Positions 38,423 through 51,797 of a stretch of 64,000 nt of DNA are shown piece after piece. Below the pieces are notes generated by a model. That model was not told the DNA's origin, made no database searches, and saw nothing but the letters and a program-made list of their open reading frames with translations. The stretch comes from Octopus vulgaris. Lineage: Eukaryota. The number at the start of each line of letters is the position of its first letter. Within the stretch, counting starts at the first letter, position 1. Position numbers and translations under genes: made by a program. The stretch lies in assembly GCA_951406725.2 (NCBI GenBank), contig OX597827.1:79236001-79300000 (forward strand). Direction: 5' to 3'.

Positions 38423-40822
38423 CTGAGGCACAGGTGGAAGTCTCCTTTGTGTTGTTGAGAATTTCCACTCATCTGGTGTCTGTTCCATCTCCAGAAAAAA
38501 CTGACTTTTAGATTTTATTGTCTGAAGATTTCGGTTAAATATCTCTTCTGCATTTCTCGTTATGGCAACAGGATTGTTAGTCTGATACAGTAATTGTCTC
38601 ATCTCAGTCTGAGAGAGAAAGTTGGGATTCTCTGCTGTTGTGGGTGAGTTATTTGTGTGATTAATACATCTGAAAACACACAGTGTTATGGACACTACAA
38701 TAGCCACAGATAGTATTACAGCTGCTGCTACAATGATAATTACCCAAGTCATATTCAGGTCGTGACCAGACTGGAATGGCACAGCAGTCAACATTGGAGA
38801 TGTATCATTACTAACAAACAGTGTTAGTATGATAGCAGTTGTTGCTGATTGAACTGGAGTACCACCGTCTTTCACTATAAACTGCAGCTCATATGTTCCT
38901 GCATCATTTTGGTAAACTGTGCGAGAGAAAGATAACACACCAGTGTGTGAGTTCACTGTAAACAGGTTTTTATCATTGGATCTCAGTATTCCATATGTGA
39001 GGAAAGCATTGTTTCCAGTGTCTTTGTCAGATGCTCTCAGAATTGTGATGTCCTTCTTACTGTGTGGATGGTAGTGGACATCGAGATTGTAAGGGTCATT
39101 ATTAGGAAACGTAAAATACGGAGCATTATCATTTTTATCTAGAATCTCAATAACAATATTGGCAGTGTCATTGAGAGAAGGTGTTCCATTATCTTTCACT
39201 AAAACCTTGAACTTATAGATGTCTTTCATTTCTCGATCTATTGATTGTGATGTAGAAATAAATCCATATTTTGTCAGCTGGAAAGGAATGTTATCATTGT
39301 TGTTATCATTGATGATAGAATATGTAAGTTGGCCTCCATCTCCAAGATCAGGGTCTGTAGCATTGATGAAGCCAATAGGGAAGTCAACTTTCTGGTTTTC
39401 ATAGGTGAGGAATTGGAATGTCTCTTTGGTAAAATGTGGTTCTACATCATTGACATCAGTTACTTTGACAGAGAAATATTTTTTACTTTCTAGTTGAGGT
39501 GACCCCATGTCATGACACACAATAGACACTTTATAGTGGTCCCTTATTTCTCTGTCAAGATGGCCCTTAACAATCATTTTATATTCTTTAGAATCTATTT
39601 TGGCAAGTTTAAACTTATCATGTTTTAAATCACAGATAACCTCACCATTAGGTCCACTATCATTGTCAGTGACCATAACATAAGCTATAAAACTATCTAC
39701 TTCACTGTCTTCTGAAACTGCTGCTGAACTCTCTGATAAAGGAGATACAAAATCTATATTAATCAATGGAGCATTATTCTGGTTATTAATAATGTGAATC
39801 TGGACTTTGGTTACAGAACTTAAGGGTGAATTTCCTTCGTCCTGTGCTTCAATAAATAATTTATATGACTGCTTTTTACTGAAATGAAAATTATCATGTA
39901 AAAATAAATCTCCAGTGTTCTTATTTAATACAAAATATTTCTGAATATTTTGAGATGTTTTATGGTTGAAATGATACGAAATCTTTCCATTGTCTCCAGA
40001 ATCTTGATCTGTGGCTTTTAAAGTAAGAATTGGTAAATGTCTTTGATGTGAATTATTTATAGAGATATTGTACATTTCTTGTGAAAATACAGGTGTGTTA
40101 TCATTAACATCTGTTACAGATATGTGTACCTTCAGTGAAGCTGTTTTTGGAGGGTAGCCTCCATCTTTAGCTTCGAGTGTCAACATATATGAGTCTTTTA
40201 CTTCCCTGTCTAATTTGTCTTCCAATATTAATTCAGGTATGAAGACACCATCACGTCGCTTTTCAACTGAAAGAGAAAATGGTTCTCTTTTATTTTTTTT
40301 AACTGTATATCTAATTTGAGAATTCTTTATTGAAATATCTTTATCAATGGCATTCGGAAGAGGGATTTTATCACCTTTACTATCTCGCTCAAAAAATTCA
40401 ATTTTAACTTCATTCTTTGGAAATTCTGGTGAATGATCATTGATATCTTCTATGAATATTTTTATCTTTAGAATCTTCATAAACGTTTTTCCTTTCCTCA
40501 CTGCTACTTTAACTATTCTGGAACATTCCTTGTTGTATGTACACAGAGACTCAGCATCCAGTGTCTGAGTAGTGTATAGTTTTCCTGAGTTGGTGACATT
40601 AAATAAGTGAGAACCACTCTCGACTGTCCTTTGTAGTTGTGTAAATGTAATGAGAGTGTGTTGTTGATGTGTGAGAGGGTGTGATAAGTTGGAGTCAACA
40701 GCAATGTCTCCTATATAGGTGTGAGGACTGTCTTCTTCCTTGACATGGTATGCAATATCTATGGACAGTACAAGGGTGATCAGTAAATGTAGAAGACACA
40801 GTAGACCAATATATGCTGTCAT
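38423..40822 (-). CDS. Pcdh: Pcdh F large exon, 800 aa
   Basis: ORF 38384-40822. Confidence 0.96.
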
Positions 40823-40860
40823 GTCTGGAATTCTTCATCACATTTCAGCAGGAGAAATTG
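40819..40860 (-). other. 3' half of spliced uORF, gene F
   Basis: TTTTGTAG acceptor, consensus leader, ACATGA overlap. Confidence 0.6.
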
Positions 40861-41243
40861 CTACAAAAGAAAAGAGGAAAATAGAAAGTAACATAACTTA
40901 TAGAAATAATAACAAACTGGTTCATGTTATATACACATACATATGTAAATATTCCATGTTACATCCGACAGTACAATTTAATAACCATCTTTCCCTGATG
41001 TGACAGTCATTAATGGGTAGACTGATCTCTACAGAATAAAACAGCCTGAACTGAATTGTCAACATGTCTCACTGTTTGTCATTCAGATATTCTTCATATA
41101 GAGACAATATTATGTGTAAACTAATGTTTTGAAGGTTCTGTATTTATGTGACCGTGATAATTACTGAACAAATAATTTTTGTTGTAATGAGATTTATACA
41201 CTCACCAAAATATTTGTTGGAACAGATGCAATACATTGTTTAA

Positions 41244-41456
41244 CCCGTTCGTTACTGCATTTATTTTGAGATGCTCTGTGTTTCTTTCAATTACTTTAAA
41301 TATAACAAAGAATTTAAACTTAGTTATCATTAAGCTAGTGTGAAGAACATAAATTGTGACTAAGGTTTGGTTGAAGATTTTAATTCAAAACTTATGAAAA
41401 CAAGACATTTGTATGCAGAGCCAGAGGCGGTTTCAACCAGGCTGGTAATGAAAGGG
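41244..41456. mobile_element. piggyBac-type MITE with TTAA target duplication
   Basis: TTAA-CCC...GGG-TTAA; empty site acattgtttaaatgaaac in genes C and D; second copy at 51576-51797. Confidence 0.85.
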
Positions 41457-41666
41457 TTAAATGAAACTAAATATTCTGAAATTTAGTATAATTAAACCTT
41501 TAGGAATAAACTGACATTATAACTAGAAATATACACATTAATTCACATAATTAAAAAATGCTTGTGTATTCATTAACATCACAAATATAAATTTCCAATT
41601 TAATTCACATCTCAATAAATTATATCTTAAACAACAAATCTACACCAACTTATATATATTGCCATC

Positions 41667-41720
<54 letters not shown>

Positions 41721-41724
41721 GTGA

Positions 41725-43320
41725 TACCTTGAAAAGTAGAGGAAAATTAAATCATCTGTTATACATGGATGACTTAAAGATCTTTGGGAAGACCAGACAT
41801 AAAATAAAAAAACTAGTTTCAACAGTGCAGATATTCAGTAAGGATACTGAAATGGAATTTGGAACTAAAAAGTGTGGTATGCTTATGATATGGAAAGGCA
41901 AAGTGGTGTCTACTAGTGTAGAACTACCCAACGGCAAGAAAATCAGTGATATTGAGACTAATGTATAAAAGTATTTGGGGATTTGGGAATATGACAAAAT
42001 GAAGGAAAGCTTTAAGCAAGAATATCTCAGAAGAACCAAATTAATTATGGGAAGTAGGCTCAATGGTAGATCAGGGCAATGAAGATGTGGGCTGTTTCTT
42101 TAATGTGATATCATGCAGGTGTTGTTAGGTGGACAAAGAACGAGCTAGAAGAAATGGACAGGAAAAGCAGAAAAGTGATGGCAATTAACAAGAAACAACA
42201 CCCCAAAAGCAATACTGACAGGCTGTATGTGCCTTGGAACAGGGAAGGAAGAGGCCTTATAGGATGCAAGATCTGTGTTGACAATGAGAAGAAAAGTCTG
42301 GCATGGTACATCAAACAGCAGAGTGAATCCTTGCTTCCTACAGTTACACATAACAATAAAATACCCACTGAAAATGTGATGCAACCACAAAACATTCAAG
42401 AAACAACATGAAGAAGAAATAGTAAACAACTAGAACATGAAATCACTGCATGGGCAATACCTGAGAGAAATTGAAGGAAAAGACAAGATGAATGCTTGGA
42501 GATGGCTAAGAAAAAGTGATCTGAAAGGATGCCCTGTGGCATTGAAATGCAGTGCTCAGGAACAAGCTCTGAAAACTAATTACACCAAGTTCCAAATAGA
42601 TAAGAGCAGTGAATTGCTCCTTTGTAGGATGTGTGGCAGCAAAATTAAAACAATCTCACCTGGGAGTGAGTGTAGTAAGCTGGCCCAAAAGCACTACAAA
42701 AGGAGGTATGATAACATAGCTAAGTTTGTTCACTGGAGATTATGTGAAAAGTATGGCCTGGACAGAGCATGGAAATGGTATGAACAATGAATATAAGATA
42801 CTGTGGCATTTTGCAATCCACTGTGACTCCCTAATCAATGCTCGGAGACTAGACACTGTTGTGGTAGATGAAAGAGAAAAAGGAAATCATGATTATAGAT
42901 ATTGCAATACCTGGGGCTCAATGCATAAGTGACAAAGGACTAGAAAAGACAGAAAAATAGACTACTAAAAAACAAAATTGCAAGAATGTGGACTATGAGG
43001 AGAGTGTCTGTCATTCCAGTTGTTGTAGGGGCACTCAGAGCACTAACAACAAAGTTCAAGAAATATGTCAGAGAAATTGGAATTGACATGAGATCAGAGA
43101 AAGCCCCAAAAAACTGCTCTACTGGGGACAGCTAGGATTTTGAGATTGGTACTTGAATGTTGAATGTCTGAAAATCTCCTATGATAATTAACAACCAAGT
43201 ATCAAAGCTTATAATGTGCAGAAAGAGAGCCTGTGAGACCTCTGACAGCAGGATGCTGTCCACTCTCAGAGAATCTACCGGAGCAAACAAGATGGAGCAG
43301 TCTGAGAAGGAAAAGAACAA
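41725..43320 (+). mobile_element. 5'-truncated, decayed R4/Dong-like non-LTR retrotransposon (RT + Zn knuckle + restriction-like endonuclease)
   Basis: Broken ORFs LNHLLYMDDLKIF, EFGTKKC, YLG, REGRGL, CRMCG, RYDNIAKFVHW, IIDIAIPG. Confidence 0.82.
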
Positions 43321-43747
43321 CAGCAATAACAATAAGAATGACAACGACAAAATCTTTGTTTATTTTATACAAAGAGATATATAATGTATATATATAGAAC
43401 TATATATAAAGAAAAATTTATAATGTGTTATAAGTCATTAAAACTAAAGAAAGATTAGGATTTAATTAGTGAATTATTATAACAAAACAGATATAAACTA
43501 TATTGACATACATTATTAACAGCCAGTCTTATTGACTTTTAATCAACATTTTCTGACAGTGAAATATATATACATATATACATCTAGTTTGGACTATATT
43601 AGATCAATATTATATATAAAATATATCATAGCAATGTATATAATTTAATATCTCTTGTTTAATGAGTTTTGTGTGATTCTGAGATTAAAAGAAGTAATCG
43701 AGTTCAAAATAATTGTATTACAATGACTACTGCAGTTGTTGTTGTTG

Positions 43748-44343
43748 TTGTTAATGGTGGAAGTGATGGCTAGATCTCTCGATCCTCCACTGTCCCAGTC
43801 CCTGTATATATACAACATGGCAGACATTTTAGATATTATCCTTACCCTGTCTTTCATTAGAAACACAAATAATATAAATGTTATAATGAATATGAAAAGA
43901 TAATAAAGAGAAGAAAGGGTGAAAGAGAGAGACTTACCTGCATTGTTTAATCCTTCACTGTAGTTGTGTGTGATGGGTGATGTGTATCCTGCTGTAGTGT
44001 TCCACTCTAACTGCTGCTGCTGCTGCTGTAGTGGTATTATAGTGGTACTGCTGCTGTTGTAGTAGTGTTCCTGTGTTACTGCTGCTGCTGCTGCTGTTCC
44101 TGTGTAACTGCTGATATAATAGTGTGACAGTTGCTGTATGTAGTGGGAGGTGAGATGTTAGCCAGATGCTGGTGTGTGCTAGTTACAACTCTATGTCCTC
44201 ACACACACACACACACACAATTGTGTGTATGATGAACAAAGAAAAAGCTATCAGCCTCACTTTCAATATTGAAAGAAATATAGAAAATCTCTCTCATCCA
44301 ATAGGAAATTACTGCAATGATGTCTGTGTCACACAAACACATC
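43748..44343 (-). promoter_or_regulatory. Conserved promoter/first-exon block, gene F (donor after 43938)
   Basis: Copy of 2545-3135. Confidence 0.72.
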
Positions 44344-45206
44344 AAATAAGAGAAGTCACGTTAAACAGAAGCAAATGCATAGCTGATATGTAATAACACA
44401 ATATTACATATTTCATGCTAAGAAACTAAAAATTTGTATGAAAAATTCAAAACTTATTGTCATACAACTGTAAATCATTTTTTTCTTTTTCAGAGAGATG
44501 TAAATTTTAGAAGAGACAACCAAAATTTGACCACTTTTAAAGTATATTTTAATTAAAGTTTAAAGTAAACTAATTCTAGTTGTAAAAATGAAAATATTTC
44601 CAAAGAATTATTTTGAAAGCCAAAATGAATTTTCCAGAAATATTCTAATCTACCTTCACTATCTGACTTAGTAAAAGATGAAACATTTCAATTTTTAAAA
44701 TTTAACTAAAGTTCAAAAATGATTAGGTGCTGGTATTTATCTTGACTTTTAGAGGTCTGCCATTTACCTCTACAACAATTATCCATCTGGTAATTAGTAA
44801 AAGTACTTCTAGAGTTGATACAGAAAAAAAATGCAAAGACAAAAGTTGTAAATAAAGGTAAAACAGCAGAAGAAACATTTTAGAATTGGTGTTAAACTAA
44901 AAGATGCTACAATTAAACATTCTAGGATGACCCAGATTAATTTATCTATGTTTAGTGAAATGACTATACCAAAATGAAAGCAAAACAATTATTTTATACT
45001 AATGTACTATGATAATATAAAGTAAGGTTTTTGTAGTACTTAATGCATCAGAAATGTAAATTAGGGGTCTTAATAGATGCCACTGTAAGGCCCTTTATAT
45101 GTGATGTGTGAAAGAGACATAGAGTTGATATTTTTATATGAATATAAAGTATTGTATAAGATTTGGTGTGTGAGAGAATCATTTAACAATAGTCATGGAA
45201 CATCTA

Positions 45207-45286
45207 CTATGTTGGCTGTAGATAGGTATCTTGTATTTGTTGTCCCTTTAGTATTGTGGCTGCAACTGGATTGTCATTGGTATATT
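45207..45286 (-). CDS. Pcdh: Pcdh G terminal coding exon
   Basis: As for gene B. Confidence 0.85.
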
Positions 45287-45450
45287 CTGCAAAATATCAA
45301 ATATACAAACACAAATTACATTTCAACATAACAACTCCAATATATAAAGATAGAAACATTGATCTTGTATTACACTAAGCATAACATTATATATTGTCTT
45401 ACAGTAATAAAGGCAATTACATTTATATGTTATGTTTTGATAAAAGTTAC

Positions 45451-45595
45451 CTGGTTCTGCAGGTATCTCATCATATGGTTTAGTCTTGCCATTACTCTTG
45501 CTAGCTTCTCTGTCCTTTTGGGATGTTAAGGTGTCACTGTTGTAAGACATGATCGAACTGGTGCGACGTCCTTGACTATGGATTGAATCACATCT
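45451..45595 (-). CDS. Pcdh: Pcdh G cytoplasmic exon (145 nt)
   Basis: As for gene B. Confidence 0.88.
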
Positions 45596-45971
45596 CTGGT
45601 GATTAGAAAACAAAGCAGAGTGAAGCATAATGTTAAAAAGAAGAAACATATATATTTGTATTCTAGAATGTTTCTGGTAAGACACAAGAGTGGAATGTTT
45701 TTAAAATGAGCAGAAACAGTATAATTGAAGACAGTCTTAGTTAATGAAAATAACTTGGAGTAGACAATAAACAAAACAAAGGTACAACTTTAACGAAATA
45801 TATGGAAATTTTAGATTTATGAATTCTGTAAATTGTAAAAATATGAAAGAGCCATTATGTTTTATGGAGAAGGCATAAAGAACATAACATGTATATAAAA
45901 TAAGAGATTTCAAAGATCTTTTGATGAATGTTTCAAAAATATGCCATAGAATTGTTTAAAATAATATTTAC

Positions 45972-48369
45972 CTGAGGCACAGGTGGAAGTCTCCTCTGTG
46001 TTGTTGAGAATTTCCACTCATCTGGTGTCTGTTCCATCTCCAGAAAAAACTGACTTTTAGATTTTATTGTCTGAAGATTTCGGTTAAATATCTCTTCTGC
46101 ATTTCTTGTTATTGCAACAGGATTGTTAGTCTGATACAGTAATTGTCTCATCTCAGTCTGAGAGAGAAAGTTGGGATTCTCTGCTGTTGTGGGTGAGTTA
46201 TTTGTGTGATTAATACATCTGAAAACACACAGTGTTATGGACACTACAATAGCCACAGATAGTATTACAGCTGCTGCTACAATGATAATTACCCAAGTCA
46301 TATTCAGGTCGTGACCAGACTGGAATGGCACAGCAGTCAACATTGGAGATGTATCATTACTAACAAACAGTGTTAGTATGATAGCAGTTGTTGCTGATTG
46401 AACTGGAGTACCACCGTCTTTCACTATAAACTGCAGCTCATATGTTCCTGCATCATTTTGGTAAACTGTGCGAGAGAAAGATAACACACCAGTGTGTGAG
46501 TTCACTGTAAACAGGTTTTTATCATTGGATCTCAGTATTCCATATGTGAGGAAAGCATTGTTTCCAGTGTCTTTGTCAGATGCTTTCAGAATTGTGATGT
46601 CCTTCTTACTGTGCGGATGGTAGTGGACATCATGATTGTAAGGGTCATTATTAGGAAACGTAAAATACGGAGCATTATCATTTTTATCTAGAATCTCAAT
46701 AACAATATTGGCAGTGTCATTGAGAGAAGGTGTTCCATTATCTTTCACTAAAACCTTGAACTTATAGATGTCTTTCATTTCTCGATCTATTGGTTGTGAT
46801 GTAGAAATAAATCCATATTTTGGTCAGTTGGAAAGGAATGTTATCATTGTTGTTATCATTGATGATAGAATATGTAAGTTGGCCTCCATCTCCAAGATCA
46901 GGGTCTGTAGCATTGATGAAGCCAATAGGGAAGTCAACTTTCTGGTTTTCATAGGTGAGGAATTGGAATGTCTCTTTGGTAAAATGTGGTTCTACATCAT
47001 TGACATCAGTTACTTTGACAGAGAAATATTTTTTACTTTCTAGTTGAGGTGACCCCATGTCATGACACACAATAGATACTTTATAGTGGTCCCTTATTTC
47101 TCTGTCAAGATGGCCCTTAACAATCATTTTATATTCTTTAGAATCTATTTTGGCAAGTTTAAATTTATCATGTTTTAAATCACAGATAACCTCACCATTA
47201 GGTCCACTATCAGTGTCAGTGACCATAACATAAGCTATAAAACTATCTACTTCACTGTCTTCTGGAACTGCTGCTGAACTCTCTGATAAAGGAGATACAA
47301 AATCTATATTTATCAATGGAGCAGTATTTCTGTTGTTAATCACATAAATGTGAACTCTAGCTACTGTCTTTAGAGGAGGGTTGCCTCCATCCTGCGCTTC
47401 AATGAATAATTTATAAGACTGCTTTTTAGTAAACTGAAAATTGTCATGTAAAAATAAATCTCCAGTTTTCTTATCTAATACAAAATATTTCTGGATATTT
47501 CGAGAGGTTTTGTGGTTGAAATGGTAAGAAATCTTTCCATTGTCTCCTGAATCTTGATCTGTGGCTTTTAAAGTAAGAATTGGTAAATGTCTTTGATGTG
47601 AATTACTTACAGAGATATTGTAGAGTTTCTGAGAAAACACAGGAATGTTATCATTAAAATCAGTCACAGATATGTGTACCTTGAGTGTAGCTGTTTTGGG
47701 AGGGCTCCCTCCATCTTTAGCTTCAAGTGTCAACATATATGAGTCTTTTACTTCCCTGTCTAACTTATCTCCTAGAATTAATTCAGGTATGAAAATACCG
47801 TCACGTTTTGTAACAGAGAGAGAAAATGGTTCTCTCTTATTTTCCTTAATCATATAAGTAATCTGAGAATTTTTTATGGAAATATCTTCATCAATGGCAT
47901 TTAGAATTGGGATTTTATCTCCTTTTCTATCTCTTTCTGAAAACTGAATTTCAATTTCATTCTTTGGAAATTTTGGTGAATGGTCATTGACATCTTCTAT
48001 TAATATTTTTATCTTGAGAATTTTCATAAAAGTTTTTCCTTTCCTCACTGCTACTTTAACTATTCTGGAACATTCCTTGTTGTATGTACACAGAGACTCA
48101 GCATCCAGTGTCTGAGTAGTGTATAGCTTTCCTGAGTTGGTGACATTAAATAAGTGAGAACCACTCTCGACTGTCCTTTGTAGTTGTGTAAATGTGATGA
48201 GAGTGTGTTGTTGATGTGTGAGAGGGTGTGATAAGTTAGAGTCAACAGCAATGTCTCCTATATAGGTGTGAGGTCTGCCTTCTTCTTTGACATGGTATGT
48301 AATATCTATGGACAGTACAAGGGTGATCAGTAAATGTAGAAGACACAGTAGACCAATATATGCTGTCAT
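45972..48369 (-). CDS. Pcdh: Pcdh G large exon with 1-bp insertion frameshift near 46821
   Basis: ORFs 46762-48369 and 45933-46778 join; 2398 nt = 799 codons + 1. Confidence 0.9.
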
Positions 48370-48407
48370 GTCTGGAATTCTTCATCACATTTCAGCAGGA
48401 GAAATTT
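48366..48407 (-). other. 3' half of spliced uORF, gene G ([13 protein letters not shown])
   Basis: GTAG acceptor, ACATGA overlap. Confidence 0.6.
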
Positions 48408-49489
48408 CTACAAAATACAACATAAATATTTAGTTTCATTTAAATCAAATGAAACAAATTCTATAAATATAATAAATGCTGTCTAAATTGTAGATGTATT
48501 GCTAAATACATTGCAGTATACCCAACTGAATAATTTAAAGTGTTTTGTTTTAGGTGTTGACATGATATATATGTAGCATTATATTTTTGGAGTGATCCAG
48601 CCACATGGTAATTTCAGTAGGAAACTGCAAATAAACTGAGAGACATATTTATTTCACCAAAAGTACGTAATCTGCTTCAGGGAAATTGATATATACACAT
48701 CTTGATTTGAATTACTACTTTGTAGACTAAAGGATGCATAAGATTATTCCCAGATATTTCTTGTTTACTGATGTTATGGTGTCTGCAATCTCCACACCTA
48801 AAAGAAAACACTGTAAACCTATGTACATTGTACAACATGATAAATACACATGCATGCACACACACACACATACATATATGTATGATGGGCTTCATTTAGT
48901 TTCCATCGACTAAATACACTCAAACTTTGGTTGGCCTAGGGTTATAGTGAAAGACACTTGCCTAAGGGGCAAACTTTTTAACCACACCTTCACACCTGCC
49001 CTGGGAAAGCAAATGTATATTGATGATGGTACATATATATATATATACACATATACATACATATAGTATAAAATATAATGTGGGTAGCTGGGCACAATAT
49101 AAATTGTGTAGGCAAAATTTATTTGTCACTAATCGTGATTGTATGCGTTACAAGAGACACACTATTGACAATTCCCTTTAGGATGAAACTGAGTTCTAGT
49201 TTTGCTTTACACATGGGACAGTTATCTACCCTGTCAGTATATATAAATGTGTTTTTATGCTGCTAGAAGTGGTTTAACTCTTATTTCTAGCAATATATTT
49301 GCTTGTAGTACTTACAGTGATAATTAGTAATGACTATATATATATATGATAGACTCTCCCGTTGAAGGTAATGTATGAGTGTTCAGCTTTTGCCAAATGA
49401 CCTTCACAAATGAATTGTTAATAGTGATCAAATGTTTGTGCTGTACCTTAGCTCACTCTCTCCATCAAATCAATGTTGTCTGAACGGGG

Positions 49490-49975
49490 GCACTGTGTGC
49501 CACGCATCAGGTGTCGAAGTGATTGCAGAGCAACATGAGATGAGAACACAACACATCACTCGGTCTAGGAACTGAAAGCACAATACCGTGATTGTTAGTC
49601 CAACACCCTAACCACTAGGCCATGTGTCCTCATATATATATATATAAGACTGCATATATAAAAAGCACCTTTTGAGCATTTCACCTTATGGAGGCAAAGA
49701 GAAATGACCAAGACTTTTGTCAATATGCTGTACCTGAGAACATGGTAGATCAAGCCAAGTGAAATTGTAGTCATGGGAGGAACTGGTGTCACACAATTGG
49801 CATCCATGCTGGTGGAATCCATTACACTCTTGGAGTGGTTGGCGTTAGGAAGAGCATCCAGCTGTAGAAACCATGCCAAACCAGACTGGAGTCTGATGCA
49901 GCCCTGCCAGCCCTGGTCAAACTGTCCAACTCATGCCAGCATGGACAATGGACATATGATGATGATGATAATGAT
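49490..49975. mobile_element. Nested SINE fragments (tRNA-head type on minus, RTE-tail type on plus)
   Basis: ctaaccactaggcca (A-box-like, minus) at ~49608-49622; gagtggttggcgttaggaagagcatccagc...gatgatgatgat. Confidence 0.65.
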
Positions 49976-50234
49976 GAAAAATCGTCTTCATGTTACATTC
50001 GAAAAGTAGTGTGGTTTGGACGGATTGCCAAAGTCAGAGAAAATTCTTTTCAGAATCACAGAGCCAGAGGTTTTTGAGGTTAGAGGTGAAAGCAGAATTC
50101 CTCTGTAATGAAGACTGAGACATAAGAAATGTGATATTTACATCTTTTCTGAAGATTGATATGAATACATCTATTATCAAAGAGAACTATAAAATAACTA
50201 CCAGTTACCAGACTGTAGGCATACAATGCATGAA

Positions 50235-50395
50235 TTCATCATCATCATTATCACTTAGCATCTGTTTTCCATCCTGGATTAGGTAAGATAGTTTGACTAG
50301 AACTGGTTTAGCTGGAGAGTTGCACCAACATCTGCTTTGGCTTGGTTTCTATGGCTGGATGCCCTTCCTAACACCAACCACTCCACAGAGTGTAA
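50235..50395 (-). mobile_element. SINE / RTE-tail-related repeat
   Basis: catcatcatc tail and ggctggatgcccttcctaacaccaaccactc core. Confidence 0.72.
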
Positions 50396-50589
50396 CTGGT
50401 GTCTTATAATAAACCACCAGATAAGGGAAAACTGTGAATCAATTATACAATAGGCTAAATAAAGACAGTTTGGTGTATCATTTGTAGAAGAAAACAATGA
50501 AGACTTGTCTTGTGTGTCAGATGAAGAAAATTAACAAATAACGTAAGTGCAGTCTATCAGACAAGTGATATAATAAATTAAACAACCCC

Positions 50590-50825
50590 ACGGGCATATG
50601 GCACAGTGCTTAAGAGCACGGGCTACTAACCCCAAGATTCCGAGTTCAATTCCAGGCAGTGACATGAATAATAATAATAACAACATTGAAATACATCTTA
50701 GGAATTAGAACCCAGGTTCGAAATTTCCCCAAGACACCTGATGACGGCTGGAGAGTATATCAGCTGAAACATTGTGTTAACAACATACAAGATGAGGACA
50801 AATATCCGTCAAATGTAAATAATGA
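50590..50825 (+). mobile_element. tRNA-derived SINE-like element carrying a degenerate minimal hammerhead motif
   Basis: A-box-like tggcacagtgcttaa, B-box-like gagttcaattcc; CTGATGA...GAAAC at 50738-50770. Confidence 0.6.
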
Positions 50826-51091
50826 ACCCCAGTCTTGTTGATTAGTTTTATAGTAAACCAAATAAGATAAATCTTCACAGTTCATTATATATTTGGCCAA
50901 AACCAAATATGACCAATTTCATTTCTTCAGATGATACAAATGAAATCTCCAGGCACAGTACACTCAAAACAGTTATAGAAAAAACTCAATGTAGTTACAG
51001 CTTTTCTATATTTATATAAAACCACAGACATTGGTGGATAATTGAGGGACAATGATAGTCAATAATTATGCTTGACTTTTGTTAGTGCTGA

Positions 51092-51170
51092 CAGGTGGAA
51101 TGGCTCAACTGGTAAAGTACTAGACATCCAGCATAGAGATCAGTGGTTCACACCCAGTCACAAGTCCTGC
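51092..51170 (+). pseudogene. Degenerate tRNA-like sequence / SINE head
   Basis: tggctcaactggtaaag A-box and ggttcacaccc B-box-like motifs; stems imperfect. Confidence 0.45.
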
Positions 51171-51575
51171 ATGTATCTATGGTAATACTACTTAACTCTC
51201 TACAGCTTGCTGCACAATACTGCAGGTAGGAACCAGAGATGATATAATTTACACCAAAGGGCTGAAGGAAGTATAATAGAATTTATTCTACTGTACTTGG
51301 TTTATCAAGGGTCATTGGTTTGTGATGGCCATGCCAATGTCACCACTAGAGAAAATGTACATGTGTTGGAGACTAGCAGCCTATCAGGAGGAAAATTGTC
51401 TCTCATTCAAGTAATATTTCAGAAACTGGACGGAGATAAGTGATAACTCCCATTTGTTCATCTAATTAAGAGAAATTTTACCTAACTGGATCATAACTAT
51501 TTAATATGATAGATAAACTATGCAAATCTGGGGGACTGACTTAGGGTAGCAAATACAAAAGTAATATCTGTTTAA

Positions 51576-51797
51576 CCCTTTTGTTAGGATATTTCTGTTG
51601 AGATGCTCAGTGTTTCTGTAGATTAATTTTAAATATAACAAAGAATTTAGTAAAATAACCTGGTTATCATTAAGCTAGTGTTAGGAACATAAATTGTAAT
51701 TAAGATTTGGTGGAAGATTTTAATTCAGAACTTTTGAAAACAAGACATTAGTACTACAGAGCCAGAGCCGGTTTCAGCCCGGTTGGTATCAAAAAGG
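51576..51797. mobile_element. piggyBac-type MITE, same family as 41244-41456
   Basis: TTAA flanks, same internal sequence. Confidence 0.8.

Noticed and set aside
50590-51170. Functional tRNA genes
   Set aside because: A/B-box-like motifs only; no clean cloverleaf, and they sit in repeat context.
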